From an uncultured Gemmataceae bacterium (lineage in GTDB: Bacteria; Planctomycetota; Planctomycetia; Gemmatales; Gemmataceae): a stretch of 64,000 nucleotides of DNA. The position numbers and the translations under genes are program-made. Position 1 is the first letter of the stretch; each line of letters opens with the position of its first letter. Location of the stretch: NCBI GenBank assembly GCA_963750165.1, contig CAVVPN010000012.1:864001-928000 (forward strand), in the 5' to 3' direction. This document shows, in pieces, positions 1-10,543 of the stretch. The notes under the pieces are model-generated. The model did not search any database, was not told the origin of the DNA, and worked only from the letters and a program-made list of their open reading frames with translations.

Positions 1-159
1 CCCGTGGACGGGTTCCAATTTTCTCAAAACCACAACGCGGACTGACGGCCGCAGGGCAATCGTCGCCGTTGCGTCCGGTGCCGTCGCCACGGCGGCCGGG
101 CTTCCGTAGCCTGACATTGGATCGTTTGCAAGCACGACCAATTCCCACGGAGGCACGGG

Positions 160-1430
160 ATGAAAACACGCTGGCTCCTGCTCGGGCTCGCCGGCCTCGG
201 GCTGTTCGCCCTCGGCGGCGCCGCCGCCGACTGGCCGCAGTGGCGCGGGCCCAACCGCGATGGCATCTCCAAGGAAACGGGCCTGCTCAAGCAGTGGCCC
301 AAGGGCGGCCCCAAACTGCTCTGGCACGTCAAGGACATCGGCTTCGGTTATTCGACACCCGCGGTGGTCGGCGACCGCATCTACCTGCTGAGCAACCGCG
401 GCCTGGATAACGAGTTCGTCCAGGCGCTGCACGTCAAGGACGGCACGCAGGTCTGGTCCACGAAGCTCGGCAAGGTGGGGCCGAACGAGAAGGTCAACTA
501 TCCCGGCGCCCGCTCCACGCCGACGGTGGACGGCGACGTGCTCTATGCCCTCGGCTCCGATGGCGACCTGGCCTGCGTGGAAGTGGCCAAGGCGCGGTGC
601 GCTGGCGCAAGAACCTGCGCCGCGATTACGGTGGCAAGCCTGGCTTCTGGGCCTACGCGGAGTCGCCACTGATCGACGGTGACATGCTCGTTTGCACGCC
701 CGGCGGCAATGACGCGACGTTGCTGGCCCTGAACAAGAAGACCGGCAACCTGATTTGGAAGTGCGCGGTGCCGGGCGGCGACGCGGCGGCCTATGCGTCG
801 GTGATCGTCGTCGAGGGCGGCGGCGCCCGACAGTACGTGCAGTTCCTGCAGAACGGCGTCGTCGGCGTGGACGCACAGAAGGGCAAGCTCCTGTGGCGCT
901 ACGACAGGACCGCCAAGGGCAGCCTGGCCAACATCCCGACGCCGGTGGCCCACGACGGCTACGTCTACAGCGCCACCGGAAAGGGCGGTGCCGGCCTGGT
1001 GAAACTCAAGCCCGGCAATAACGGCGTCACGGCGGCAGAGGTGTATTTCAACGCCGGCCTGCCGAACGCCATCGGCGGCGCCGTGCTGGTCGGCGAGCAC
1101 CTGTACGGCACCAGCTACCGCCAGACGCTGATGTGTGTCGAGTTCAGGACCGGCAAGGTGAAGTGGCAGGACGAGTGCGTCGGCGCCGGCGGCATCTGCT
1201 ACGCCGACGGCCGGCTCTATGTCTTCGGCGAAAGCAATGGCGAGGTCGCGCTGGTGGAGGCGACGCCGGAAGCGTACCGCGAGCGCGGCCGTTTCACGGC
1301 GCCGGCTCAGCCGCAGGACCGTGGCAATCCGCCGGGCAAGGCGTGGGCGTACCCGGTGGTCGCCAACGGCCGGCTGTATCTGCGCGATCTCGGTTCGCTG
1401 TGGTGCTACGACATCCGGGCGGCGAAGTGA
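160..1430 (+). CDS. PQQ-like beta-propeller (BamB-family) secreted protein, split by one frameshift at ~591
   Basis: Signal peptide, then DWPQWRGPNRDG, GYSTPAVVGDRIY, ESPLIDGD and WAYPVVANGRLYLRD. ORFs 160..672 and 597..1430 join if one G is added at AAGG|CGCGG. Confidence 0.85.
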
Positions 1431-1463
1431 GGGTCTTTTCCGCCGCTTGCGGCTTGGATTGTC

Positions 1464-1533
1464 GTGGTGGGTCGGAGCCCGAGCGCCAGCGCGGGGCCAA
1501 GTTCTGCCCCGCGCTGGCGCTCGGGCTCCGACC
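1464..1533. repeat. REP-like palindrome, family B (GGTCGGAGCCCGAGCGCCAGCG...CGCTGGCGCTCGGGCTCCGACC)
   Basis: Inverted repeat between convergent genes; near-identical copy at 30361-30420. Confidence 0.85.
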
Positions 1534-1559
1534 AAAAACCAGAACCGCCCAGGCGGCAG

Positions 1560-2013
1560 TCAGTTCTTGATGCGCTTGTAGCTGAACAGCATCTGGCCGC
1601 TGCCCTCCTTGGTCTTGAACTCGGTCGGCCGCTCCTTGGCGTCCGGCTGATTGACGCACACGATCATCGTCTCGCCGTCGAATTTGTAGATACCGTACAG
1701 GATCTGGTCCTTCCCCATTCCCTCCTTGATGGCGATGTCGATCTGCCTGGGGTTTTTGGCCGCGTTCAACTTGAGCGTCCCGGCCCCGACTTGCATGTCG
1801 CCGAAGTGGACGGTGTACTTGTCGCCCTGAATGTCCAGCCGGACCTTGGCATTTTTGTTCTCCTCGTCGGAAATCTTCTTACCGCCCACCTCAAGCTCCT
1901 TGATGGCCCAGGTGCCCGCCATCTTCTTGAGGTCCTGTTTGGATGCGTCGTCCTGCGCACGACGGCGCTGACCGCAAACAACACGACCACTCCGGCAACC
2001 AACGTCTTCATCA
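1560..2013 (-). CDS. TIGR03067-type planctomycete domain protein, frameshift at ~1957
   Basis: Signal peptide MMKTLVAGVVVLFAVS is in one frame; DLKKMAGTW...GIYKFDGETMIVC...RPTEF is in another. Confidence 0.75.
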
Positions 2014-2182
2014 TGCGTCCTCCTGTGTGATGGGCGATAAGTAAAGAATGTAATCCGAACCCTTCCGGTTGCAAGCTGCGTAGGAAGAACGGCGGCTGGC
2101 CCGGTCCTTGCCGCAGGCGCCCGGGCGGCGCACAATCACCACATCCGGCGACTGAAACGGGACCAAGACGTGAGGCACGGTC

Positions 2183-3088
2183 ATGATGCGGCGGGACCAG
2201 AGTGGGCGGCACGGCCTGAGCCGTGTGGAAGTCATGGTCCTCGGCCTGTTCGCGCTGATCGGGCTGGGCCTGCTGGCCACGCTGCTGCTGCGCGCCCGTG
2301 AGGCGTCCGACCGTGCGCAGTGCGCCGACCACCTCCGCCGGCTGGGCACCGCCGTCCGCAAGTTTCACGGGTCCGCCCAGGCGCTGCCGCCGGCGCGCAT
2401 CGCCGACCGGTACGCCACCTGGGCCGTGCTGCTGGCGCCCTACCTCGTCGCCGACCGAAACAACCCGCTCAAGGACTGGGATGAGACGCTGCCCTACTAC
2501 GTGCAGCCCGCGGCGGTGCGCGAGGGGCAGCTGGGCCTGTTTTACTGCCCGGCCCGACGGCGGCCGGGGCAGGTCAGCACCGAGGGCGACGTGCCGGGCA
2601 ACGGCAATCCTGAGCCGCGTCAGTACCCGGGGGCGCTGGGCGATTACGCCTGCGTCGCCGGCGACGGCGACCCGCGCTTCCCGTGGGACGGCCCCAATGC
2701 TAACGGCCCGTTCGTGATCGCGGAGGTCCTCAAGCGCGACGGCGACCGCGTGCTGGAGTGGCGGTCGCGTGTCGGGCTCAAGGATCTGAAGCACGGTGAC
2801 GTGACGCTGCTGCTGGGCGACAAGCATGTGCCGGTGGTCGGCCGCACCACGGTCGCGGTCGGCGACGGTGCGCTGTACAACGGCGAGTATCCCGGCAGCT
2901 GGTCGCGCGTCGGCGGCCCGGGCTTCGGCCTGGCGGCGTCGGACGAGGAGAAGTACAACCGCAACTTCGGCGGCAACCATGTCGGTGGCATCGCCCAGTT
3001 CATCCAGGTGGACACCAGCTTGAAGGTGTTCACGCCGGAGGTGTCGGAAACACTGCTCGGCAAGCTGATGGTCCGCGAAAAGGACTGA
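2183..3088 (+). CDS. DUF1559 family prepilin-like protein
   Basis: GLSRVEVMV hydrophobic prepilin-like N-terminus, AREASDRAQCADHLRRLG, FYCPAR, LLLGDK and a degenerate H-x-DG tail. Confidence 0.85.
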   Translation: MMRRDQSGRHGLSRVEVMVLGLFALIGLGLLATLLLRAREASDRAQCADHLRRLGTAVRKFHGSAQALPPARIADRYATWAVLLAPYLVADRNNPLKDWDETLPYYVQPAAVREGQLGLFYCPARRRPGQVSTEGDVPGNGNPEPRQYPGALGDYACVAGDGDPRFPWDGPNANGPFVIAEVLKRDGDRVLEWRSRVGLKDLKHGDVTLLLGDKHVPVVGRTTVAVGDGALYNGEYPGSWSRVGGPGFGLAASDEEKYNRNFGGNHVGGIAQFIQVDTSLKVFTPEVSETLLGKLMVREKD

Positions 3089-3134
3089 GCGGCGGTTGGC
3101 AAACGATGGCGCTGGCCGGCGTCGGTTGACCGAG

Positions 3135-3164
3135 CAAGGGGGCCAAGGGGGCCAAGGGGGCCAA
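3135..3164. repeat. 9-mer tandem repeat (CAAGGGGGC)x3
   Basis: Directly visible intergenic tandem repeat. Confidence 0.8.
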
Positions 3165-3204
3165 CTTTTTCATACGTCGAGAATTGAGTGCGAACCAGGG
3201 GGCG

Positions 3205-4404
3205 ATGATGACCCGTGCGCGGCAGTGGGTGCTGACGGACGTGTACGGCGACGTGTGGCTGGACCAGTTCGGCGTCAGCAACGAGACGCTGCGGCTGGCG
3301 ACGCCGCACCCCTGGTCGGTGCGCAAGCGGACGCTGCGCGGCGGCCTGCGCGACGGCGTGGATGTGGTCGAGGTCCACAACGGGGCGCTGGCGTTCACGG
3401 TGCTGCCGACGCGCGGCATGGGGTTGTGGCGCGGCGATTACCGCGGCAACTTCCTTGGCTGGCGGACGCCGGTGCATGGGCCGATCCACCCGCGGCACGT
3501 TTCGCTCGACGCGCGCGGCGGCCTCGGCTGGCTGTACGGCTTCGACGAATGGCTGTGCCGCTGCGGTCTGGCGTCGAACGGGCCGCCCGGCGAGGACGCC
3601 TACACGGACCGGAGCGGCCAGGCGCACCGCGACCGGCTGACGCTGCACGGCCGCATCGCCAACCTGCCGGCGCACTACCTGGAGGTGAGCGTCGGCCTGG
3701 AGGCGCCGTTCGAGCTGACGGTGCGCGGCCAGGTCGAGGAGGCGGCGTTGTTTTCGCCGAACCTGCTGCTGACGACGACGTACACGACGGCGCCGGGCTC
3801 GAACCGGCTGGTGATCCATGACGTGATCGAGAACCGCGGTTCGCGGCCGGCGGAGACGCAGATGCTGTATCACCTGAATGTGGGGCCGCCGTTCCTGGAG
3901 GCGGGCGGCCGAGTGCTGGCGCCGATCCGCGAACTGGCGCCGATCAGCACACGGGCGGCGGAAAGCATGGACACCTACGAGACGTACGCCGGCCCGGTGG
4001 CCGGCTACGCGGAGCAGGTGTACTGCTACGACCCGGCGGCGGACGCGCACGGCCACACGCTGTCGCTGCTGGCGAACGCGGCGGCCAACCTCGGCCTGGC
4101 GGTGCGCTTCAATCGGCAGGAGCTGCCGTGCTTCACGGTGTGGAAGAACACGGCGGCGCTGGAGGACGGCTACGTGACGGGCCTGGAGCCGGCGACGAAT
4201 TACCCGAACTTCAAGGGCTTTGAACGGCAGCAGGGCCGCGTGCCGCTGCTACCGCCGGGTGGGCGCTTCTCGTGTACGTGGAGCATCGAGGCACACGACA
4301 GCGCTGCGGGCGTCGCGGCGGTGATGGCGGAGGTGGCGCGGATTCAGGCGCAGACACCGGCGGTGATTCATCGGACGCCGCAGCCGCGGTTCTCGCCCGG
4401 GTGA
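3205..4404 (+). CDS. Aldose 1-epimerase-like / DUF4432 family protein
   Basis: LRGGLRDGVD, VLPTRGMG, GFDEWLCRCGL, TLHGRIAN, WKNT and GYVTGLEPATNYPN. Confidence 0.85.
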   Translation: MMTRARQWVLTDVYGDVWLDQFGVSNETLRLATPHPWSVRKRTLRGGLRDGVDVVEVHNGALAFTVLPTRGMGLWRGDYRGNFLGWRTPVHGPIHPRHVSLDARGGLGWLYGFDEWLCRCGLASNGPPGEDAYTDRSGQAHRDRLTLHGRIANLPAHYLEVSVGLEAPFELTVRGQVEEAALFSPNLLLTTTYTTAPGSNRLVIHDVIENRGSRPAETQMLYHLNVGPPFLEAGGRVLAPIRELAPISTRAAESMDTYETYAGPVAGYAEQVYCYDPAADAHGHTLSLLANAAANLGLAVRFNRQELPCFTVWKNTAALEDGYVTGLEPATNYPNFKGFERQQGRVPLLPPGGRFSCTWSIEAHDSAAGVAAVMAEVARIQAQTPAVIHRTPQPRFSPG

Positions 4405-4480
4405 CAGACCGCTGTCACTTCAAGGACGCTCCAACCGCTTGAGGAGTGCGGGGCGGGGAAACGAGGGGATTGCTCCCCGG

Positions 4481-4526
4481 TCCCAGGGCGTTGCCCTCGG
4501 CTAAGTTGTTCGGCCCCTTCGGGGCA
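4481..4526. repeat. REP-like element (CCCAGGGCGTTGCCCTCGG...GCCCCTTCGGGGC)
   Basis: Two short palindromes between convergent genes. Confidence 0.55.
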
Positions 4527-4578
4527 AAGATAAGATAAAAACCCGCAGTTGGAGTGTCCAGCGACATCTGATCCGTCT

Positions 4579-6997
4579 TCACGGCGTTTTCGGCCCCGCC
4601 GGCAGCGGCCGCGGGATAACCCACGGCCGCGGCAGTCCCGGCGCCACCGGCGGCGGCAGCGGCGTCGCGGCCGGGCCGTTGCCCGGATCGTAAATCCGGC
4701 TGCTCTCCCACTCCACCACCGGGCTTTCCAGTGCCTTGCTGCGCAACTCCACGCGCATGCGCACGTCGCCGGTCTTGCCCGCCACGGCTGTCACCTGGAA
4801 CTTCGCCGTCTGCTGCGGCGGCAGCGCCGCCAGCGGCGCGAACGTCACCTGCTGGCCCACGACCGTCGCCTTCGTCGGCCCAGTCGTGCCGTCCGCCAGC
4901 GGCGTCAGCTCCGGCGGCAGCGTCGCCACAATCTCCACCTGGCCTGCGTCCAGCGAACCGGTGTTGGTCACCTGAATCTCATACATGATTTTGTCCTTCA
5001 GCCGCACCGGGTCGCCCACATCGACCATCTTCAACTGCAGCGCCGGCACGCCACTCAGCTCCACGCTCGCCTGCGCCGTCACGTTCAGCCCCGGCGCCAG
5101 GGCCACGACGCGTTGCAGCGCCGACGGGCTCGCCTTCTCGCCGCGCAGCGCCAGCTTCACCTCCGCCTGGCCCTGTGCCGGCAGCGCCGCCAGCTGCCAG
5201 ACTACCTCGCCGTTCTCCATCTTGCCCGTCGGCGTCGCGTTTTGCAGCGTCATCTCCGCCGGCAGCTTGTAGCGCAGCTGCACCCCAGGCAGCGCCGCCG
5301 CGCCCTGGTTGCTCACCTGCACGCGCCATTCCGTCGTCTGGCCGACGTACTGTTTCTTCGGCCCGTCAATGCTCAGGCCCAGCTGCGCCTGCTGCGCCAG
5401 CAACACATGCTCGGCCTGGTCGCTCAGGTTGCCGGCCGCGGTCGCCGTCACGCGCGTCACCAGCCGGCCGGGCACGCGCGGCACCAGCGGCAACGGCGGC
5501 AGTGTCACGCTCTGGCCCGGCGGAATCGTACCCACATCCTTGCTGACCACCTTCGCCAGCGGGTTCGTCGCCAACCCGTGCTCCAGGCCCTGGTCGAAGC
5601 GCACCGTCACGCTCGCCTGCTCGAGCGGCACCGTGCCCGGGTTCGCCACCGTGATCTGGTAGTTGACCGGCACGTTCACCACGCCCGTCGCCGGCGCACT
5701 CACGCTCACCTTCAGCCCCGGCTGGCCAACCACCGTCACCGCGCACCGCTCGTCGCGGAGGTTCTCCTCCGTGACCACGCGAGCGCAGTTGTTCACCGTG
5801 CCGACCGCCGTTGTGCGGAATACCGCCTGGATGGTGTGCGCCTGGCCCGGCGGCAGCCGGCCCAGCGTCCAGATCAGCTGGCCGCCGCTCACCACCGCTG
5901 GCGGCTCGGAGCGCACGTATTGCAGTCCCGGCGGCACCGGGTTCGTCACCGTCATCGACCGGGCCTCGACCTTGCCGCTGTTGGCGACCGTGATCGTGTA
6001 GGTCAGCTCCTGGCCGACCGTCGCCAGCGCCGGCCCGGTGTGCGTCAGGCTCACCGCGGGCGCTAGCCATTCGACGGTGGTGTCGCCGTTGGCCAGCACG
6101 ATGCCGACGCCGCTCGGCGCCGTCGGGTCCGGCGGCCGGATGACCTCGATGCCGATGCGGTTCACGCCCGGCCGCGCTCCCAGCCTGCACCAGGCTCGCC
6201 GAGGCGTTGCCGCGGTCGTCGCTCACCGCCACCACCTCGTCGCGCTTCGTCTGCGGGAACAGGGCAGGCGGGCCGTCCAGCACCTTGTAGCGAACGCGAT
6301 AACCGGCCAGCGGTTGCTGGTCCGTTGGCCGTAGCACGCGCGTCGTCAGCACGTGTTCGCTGCCGGAGTTCGCCACGGCCGGCGGCGGGAACACCCACGC
6401 CGCGTCCACCCAGCGCAGCGTCACCACCTGCTTGCTCTGTTGCCAGTCGTAGATGCCCGGGGCGTAAACAGTCACGTGCGTGTCGCCCTCGACGGCGGCG
6501 CTAACCAGACACCACGTCTGACCGGGGCGCACCACGAAATCGTCGGCCGAGCTGGCGGTGCCGCGTGTGATGTGGTGCTCGCAGTAATTGGTGTAGCTGA
6601 CGGCGTACTTGTTATCGACCTTGTAACCGCGGCCCGGCCAGAAACCGCTCTCGTCCACTTCCAATATGTTGCCGACGCCCTCGACCATCCATTCGACGCG
6701 GCGGTCGCGGCGCGGCACATTTTTCTCATCATAAATGGTAGCGATGATAACGTGCTGCGTGCGCACCGGGTTGGTGACGACGGCGTTGGGACGCACTTCC
6801 AGGCGGATGGCGTGCGGGTCGAAGTTGGCATAGTAGCCGGAACCGGTCGGCTTGGCATGGGTGCGGATGATGTCGCCGGTCGGCCACAGGTAGGGGAAGT
6901 AGCTGGGGTTCTGGGAGACACCGAAGCAGCCGGGCAGCGCGCACAGCGATCCCGCGATCAGCAGGACCAGGCACAACCGCCGCACCGTCGGCCTCAT
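4579..6997 (-). CDS. DUF11-repeat, OmcB-like lipoprotein, frameshift at ~6180
   Basis: Lipobox-like ALPGC; repeated 'LTYTITVANSG / YQITVANPG / WRVQVSNQG / YEIQVTNTG' DUF11 units. The 3' part of ORF 5366..7111 joins ORF 4579..6165. Confidence 0.8.
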
Positions 6998-7083
6998 GGG
7001 CTCTTCCCGGGGCGCACTGGCCGCCGACCCCCGCGGGGGGCGGTGCGTCGCTTCAGAGGCGGCGGTTCGTTTGCGAACCGGGG

Positions 7084-7111
7084 TGTATACGCCGGCGCTC
7101 CGATTTTGCAA
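7084..7111 (-). promoter_or_regulatory. Putative sigma70 promoter for the DUF11 gene
   Basis: Minus strand TTGCAA-16 bp-TATACA about 90 bp upstream of the start. Confidence 0.45.
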
Positions 7112-7156
7112 GCCGAAACTTCGCCGGGGGTGCGCCGCTACATTTTGGCATTTTCA

Positions 7157-7292
7157 GGCGAGCGGCGCGGCGTCAGCCCGCCGGTGACACACTGCACCGG
7201 CGGGCTGACGCCGCGCCGCTACTGCCGGCACCGGCGGGCTGACGCCGCGCCGCTACTGCCGGCACCGGCGGGCTGACGCCGCGCCGCTCGCC
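7157..7292. repeat. REP-like family A element with the right arm in three tandem copies (34-bp period)
   Basis: GGCGAGCGGCGCGGCGTCAGCCCGCCGGT followed by ACCGGCGGGCTGACGCCGCGCCGCT at 7196, 7230 and 7264. Confidence 0.9.
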
Positions 7293-7360
7293 TGGGAGTG
7301 CCAAATTCCTGCGGCAGACCTTCGCCGGCATCGGCCGACGCATTTCGAGAGAATTTGCTC

Positions 7361-7388
7361 TTGACCCGATTCGCCGATGGATTATAAG
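7361..7388 (+). promoter_or_regulatory. Putative sigma70 promoter for the secretin operon
   Basis: TTGACC-16 bp-TATAAG. Confidence 0.45.
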
Positions 7389-7660
7389 CCGCCCTCCACT
7401 TGCCAACATTCCATGCGTGATCCCTGTGACGGCGCGGCCAACGCGCCCGCGGTGGGTCCGCCCCGGTTTGGAGGTCCGCCTCGGGGGAGGCGGGCGCCGG
7501 CCCGGGAAGGTGAGCCCTGTGGGGGGCTGGCAACGGAGGACGCCCGCGTGCGCCGCATCGGACATCGGGAACCCGCAGGTTCGGGGAAGCTCGCTGCGCC
7601 AGGGGACTGGCGGCCACGAACGCAACCGCACGGCGATCGGTCTCAGCCGAAAGGAAGACT

Positions 7661-9658
7661 ATGAGGAACAAAGCCGTCAACCACAGACAACCACGGAGCG
7701 GTGGCCGTTCGGGCCAACGCACGACGCGCCGCGGTTGGGCCGGCGCGGCGTGGGTGTGCGGCCTCGCCCTGTTGGGGGCGTTCGCCGGCGCACGGCCCGC
7801 GGTCGCCCAACCGCCGGGCCCCCAGGTTCCTGTCCTATCGGCGCCCGGCTTCTTTCCGCCGGGCCCCGCACTGCCCCAGGCACAGGACCAGGCTAAGAAC
7901 AAGCTCGTCCAGCCGATCCCGGTGGGGCCGATGCCGCGGCAGTTCGGCCCGTTCATCCCGGATCAGGCGCGGCTGCAGCGCCTGCCAGGCACCATCATCG
8001 GCACGCCGCCTCGTCCCTCCCGGGAAACCCTGGAGAAGTACAGTAAGTTCGTCAGGAAGTTCGATGATCCCGAAGTGCAGATGGAGCTGGTCGTCGGCCG
8101 CACGCGCCTGATGGAACTGTACCAGGTCCCCAAGCGCGTGCAGATTGCTGACGATTCCATCGCCAGTTACACGCTCGTCAGCCCGAAGGATCTGTCGCTG
8201 ATCGGCCGCAACACCGGCATCACCGTCCTGACCCTGTGGTTCGCCGACCCGAAGGAACCCACCAAGGAAACCATCCTGATCTACCACGTCAACGTCGTGC
8301 CGGACCCTGGTTTGAAAAAACGCCTGGAGGACATTTACAAGGCCCTGGGCGACGAAATTAACTGTGCCTTCCCAGACAGCGTGGTCTGTCTGCAGCTGGT
8401 CGGCGACAAGCTGGTGGTCAACGGCTGGGCCCACGACATCTACGAGGCGACGCAGATTCTGCGTATCGTGCGGGCCAACTTCCAGGGCCGGCACATGTAC
8501 CCCGAAACCACCAAGGTGCCGGTGGCTCCGCGCGGCCTGGCGCCGGAGGAACTCGGCCCCGAGGGCGCCCTGGCGGCGCCGGGCACGGAGAACTACCTGA
8601 GCGCCGGCGGCCCGAACGTCATCAACAACCTGAAGGTGCCCGGCGAACAGCAGGTGTGTTTGAAGGTCACGGTTGCGGAGGTGAACCGTGCCGCGGAGCG
8701 GAGCATCGGCTTGAACTTCAGCGTCTTGAACAGCGCGGGCAAGGCGGTCTTCGCCAATAACACCGGCAGCATCTCCTCGGCCGGCCTGACGTTCGGCGGC
8801 GGCAACGGCATCGGCACCAACCTGGCGGGCCTGACGAATGTCCAGAACACCTTCGGCATCACACCGCTGGCGGGCCTGGCCATCGGTGCGGGCGGCTACA
8901 ACAACCTGCCGGCGGCCCTGGACAACGGCCAGGTGCGGCTGGCGATCAGTGCCCTGCGCACGCTGGAGTTAGCCCGGTCGCTGGCGGAGCCGAACCTGGT
9001 GACCATGAACGGCATGACGGCCACCTTCCTGGCGGGCGGCGAGTTCCCGGTGCCGGTGGTGACCGGTTTCACGGCGGCGGGCTTGCAGGGCGTGCAGTTC
9101 GTGCCCTACGGCGTGCAGCTGAACTTCACGCCGTACATCACCGACCGCGACCGCATCCGCCTGGTGATGTATGCGTCGATCAGCACGCGCGACCTGGCCA
9201 ACGGCGTCAGCAACATCGGCGGCTCGTTCATCCCGAACCTGACGACGCGCAATTTCCAGACGACGGTGGAGCTGCGCGAGGGCCAGACGCTGGCGGTGGC
9301 CGGCCTGATTCAGCAGAACATGGGGGCTGACGCGCACCGCGTCCCGTTCATCGGCGACGTGCCGATTCTGAACAACCTGCTCGGCTTCAGCCGCACGAGC
9401 ATGGGCGAGCAGGAACTGGTGGTGCTGGTGACGCCCGAGTTGGTGCATCCGCTGGATTACAAGGAGGTGTCGCCGCTGCCGGGCTCGGACATGTTCGAGG
9501 CGAACGACCTGGAGTTCTACGTGCTGGGCCGGCTGGAGAGTCACTACCCGGTGGACTATCGCAGTACGGTGCGGACGGACTGGGAGCGCATTCATGCGTA
9601 TCGGCGCATGGAGGGGATGTACCTGGCGGGGCCGCACGGCCACGGGGGCGATCATTGA
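7661..9658 (+). CDS. cpaC: Type II/III secretin, RcpA/CpaC (Tad pilus) type
   Basis: N-terminal pilus-formation domain (RVQIADDSIA...GRNTGITVLTLW); QVCLKVTVAEVNR, LAEPNLVTMNG, FLAGGEFPVP, TTVELREGQTLAVAGL and ELVVLVTPELV. Confidence 0.9.
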   Translation: MRNKAVNHRQPRSGGRSGQRTTRRGWAGAAWVCGLALLGAFAGARPAVAQPPGPQVPVLSAPGFFPPGPALPQAQDQAKNKLVQPIPVGPMPRQFGPFIPDQARLQRLPGTIIGTPPRPSRETLEKYSKFVRKFDDPEVQMELVVGRTRLMELYQVPKRVQIADDSIASYTLVSPKDLSLIGRNTGITVLTLWFADPKEPTKETILIYHVNVVPDPGLKKRLEDIYKALGDEINCAFPDSVVCLQLVGDKLVVNGWAHDIYEATQILRIVRANFQGRHMYPETTKVPVAPRGLAPEELGPEGALAAPGTENYLSAGGPNVINNLKVPGEQQVCLKVTVAEVNRAAERSIGLNFSVLNSAGKAVFANNTGSISSAGLTFGGGNGIGTNLAGLTNVQNTFGITPLAGLAIGAGGYNNLPAALDNGQVRLAISALRTLELARSLAEPNLVTMNGMTATFLAGGEFPVPVVTGFTAAGLQGVQFVPYGVQLNFTPYITDRDRIRLVMYASISTRDLANGVSNIGGSFIPNLTTRNFQTTVELREGQTLAVAGLIQQNMGADAHRVPFIGDVPILNNLLGFSRTSMGEQELVVLVTPELVHPLDYKEVSPLPGSDMFEANDLEFYVLGRLESHYPVDYRSTVRTDWERIHAYRRMEGMYLAGPHGHGGDH

Positions 9659-9730
9659 GTTGTCCGTTGTCCGTCGTCCGTTGCCACTGACAACGGACAA
9701 CGGACAACGGACAACGGACAACGGACAACG
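9659..9730. repeat. Heptamer tandem hairpin (GTTGTCC)n / (ACAACGG)n
   Basis: About 3.5 units on the left arm and about 6 on the right arm, inverted. Confidence 0.9.
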
Positions 9731-9743
9731 AAGGAATCAGCCA

Positions 9744-10430
9744 ATGAAACGGTTCTATTCAATCTCCGCGCTGACCATGGCCGTGCTGGGGGGACTGGCG
9801 GCGCTGGGGGTGATCGGTTGCTACTGCGACCGGTGCGGCAAGGCAGGGGACGGCGAGGGCGGCGTGGCCCACGGCCGTGCAGCCAGGCCGCCGGTGGCGA
9901 TGCCGGCGCCGCTGGGCACCTACGTCAACCGGCTAAATCTGACGCAGGCGAACAAGGCGGAGGCCGCGGACTTCGTATTTTACCCCGACGAGTGGTACAT
10001 GAACGGCACCCAGCTGGGGCCGTACGGCAAGTACCACCTCAAGGAGGTCATCAAGCGGCTGGCGACGGTGCCGTTCCCGGTGGTCATCCAGCCGATCTCG
10101 GAGGTGCCGACCAACGACGCCCGGCGGCAGCTGATCGTGGCCGCGCTGGCGGCGGCGGGCGTGCCCGATCCGGAGCCGCGCGTGATTATCGCTTACTCCG
10201 ACGCGGAGGGGCTGCGCGGCGAGGACGCCGAACTCACGTACTACCAGCTGCTCTACAGCCGGCTGTACCAGGGGAACTACGGTCGCGGGTTCTTCCGGAG
10301 CGGCATCGGCGGCTTCGGGGCCGGCTTCTTCGGCCGCGGCAATTTGATGGGCGGCTTCGGCTTCGGTGGTGCCGGCGGCTTCGGCGCCTACAGCAGCGGC
10401 TTCGGCGGCCTGTATGGGTATGGCTTCTGA
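9744..10430 (+). CDS. Putative lipoprotein (pilotin/CpaD-like position) with a Gly/Phe/Tyr-rich tail
   Basis: Hydrophobic signal ending VIGC; lies directly after the secretin; C-terminal GGFG-like repeats. Confidence 0.65.
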   Translation: MKRFYSISALTMAVLGGLAALGVIGCYCDRCGKAGDGEGGVAHGRAARPPVAMPAPLGTYVNRLNLTQANKAEAADFVFYPDEWYMNGTQLGPYGKYHLKEVIKRLATVPFPVVIQPISEVPTNDARRQLIVAALAAAGVPDPEPRVIIAYSDAEGLRGEDAELTYYQLLYSRLYQGNYGRGFFRSGIGGFGAGFFGRGNLMGGFGFGGAGGFGAYSSGFGGLYGYGF

Positions 10431-10432
10431 CG

Positions 10433-10530
10433 CAGTGGTCGGTGGTCAGCGGTCAGTGGTCAGTGGAAGACGAAACCTCATTGTCTTCCACTGACCACTG
10501 ACCGCTGACCACCGACCACTGACCACTGAC
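10433..10530. repeat. Heptamer tandem hairpin (CAGTGGT)n / (ACCACTG)n with perfect 39-bp arms
   Basis: 10433-10471 is the exact reverse complement of 10483-10521, including the variant units. Confidence 0.9.
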
Positions 10531-10543
10531 GAGGGCAAATGCC

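Noticed and set aside
7196..7292. Possible mini-CRISPR (three 25-bp repeats)
   Set aside because: Spacers are identical and only 9 bp, the repeat is the dispersed family A REP arm, and no cas genes are present.
7395..7660. Riboswitch in the long secretin leader
   Set aside because: Several GC hairpins, but no recognisable aptamer consensus; hairpins are expected at this GC content.
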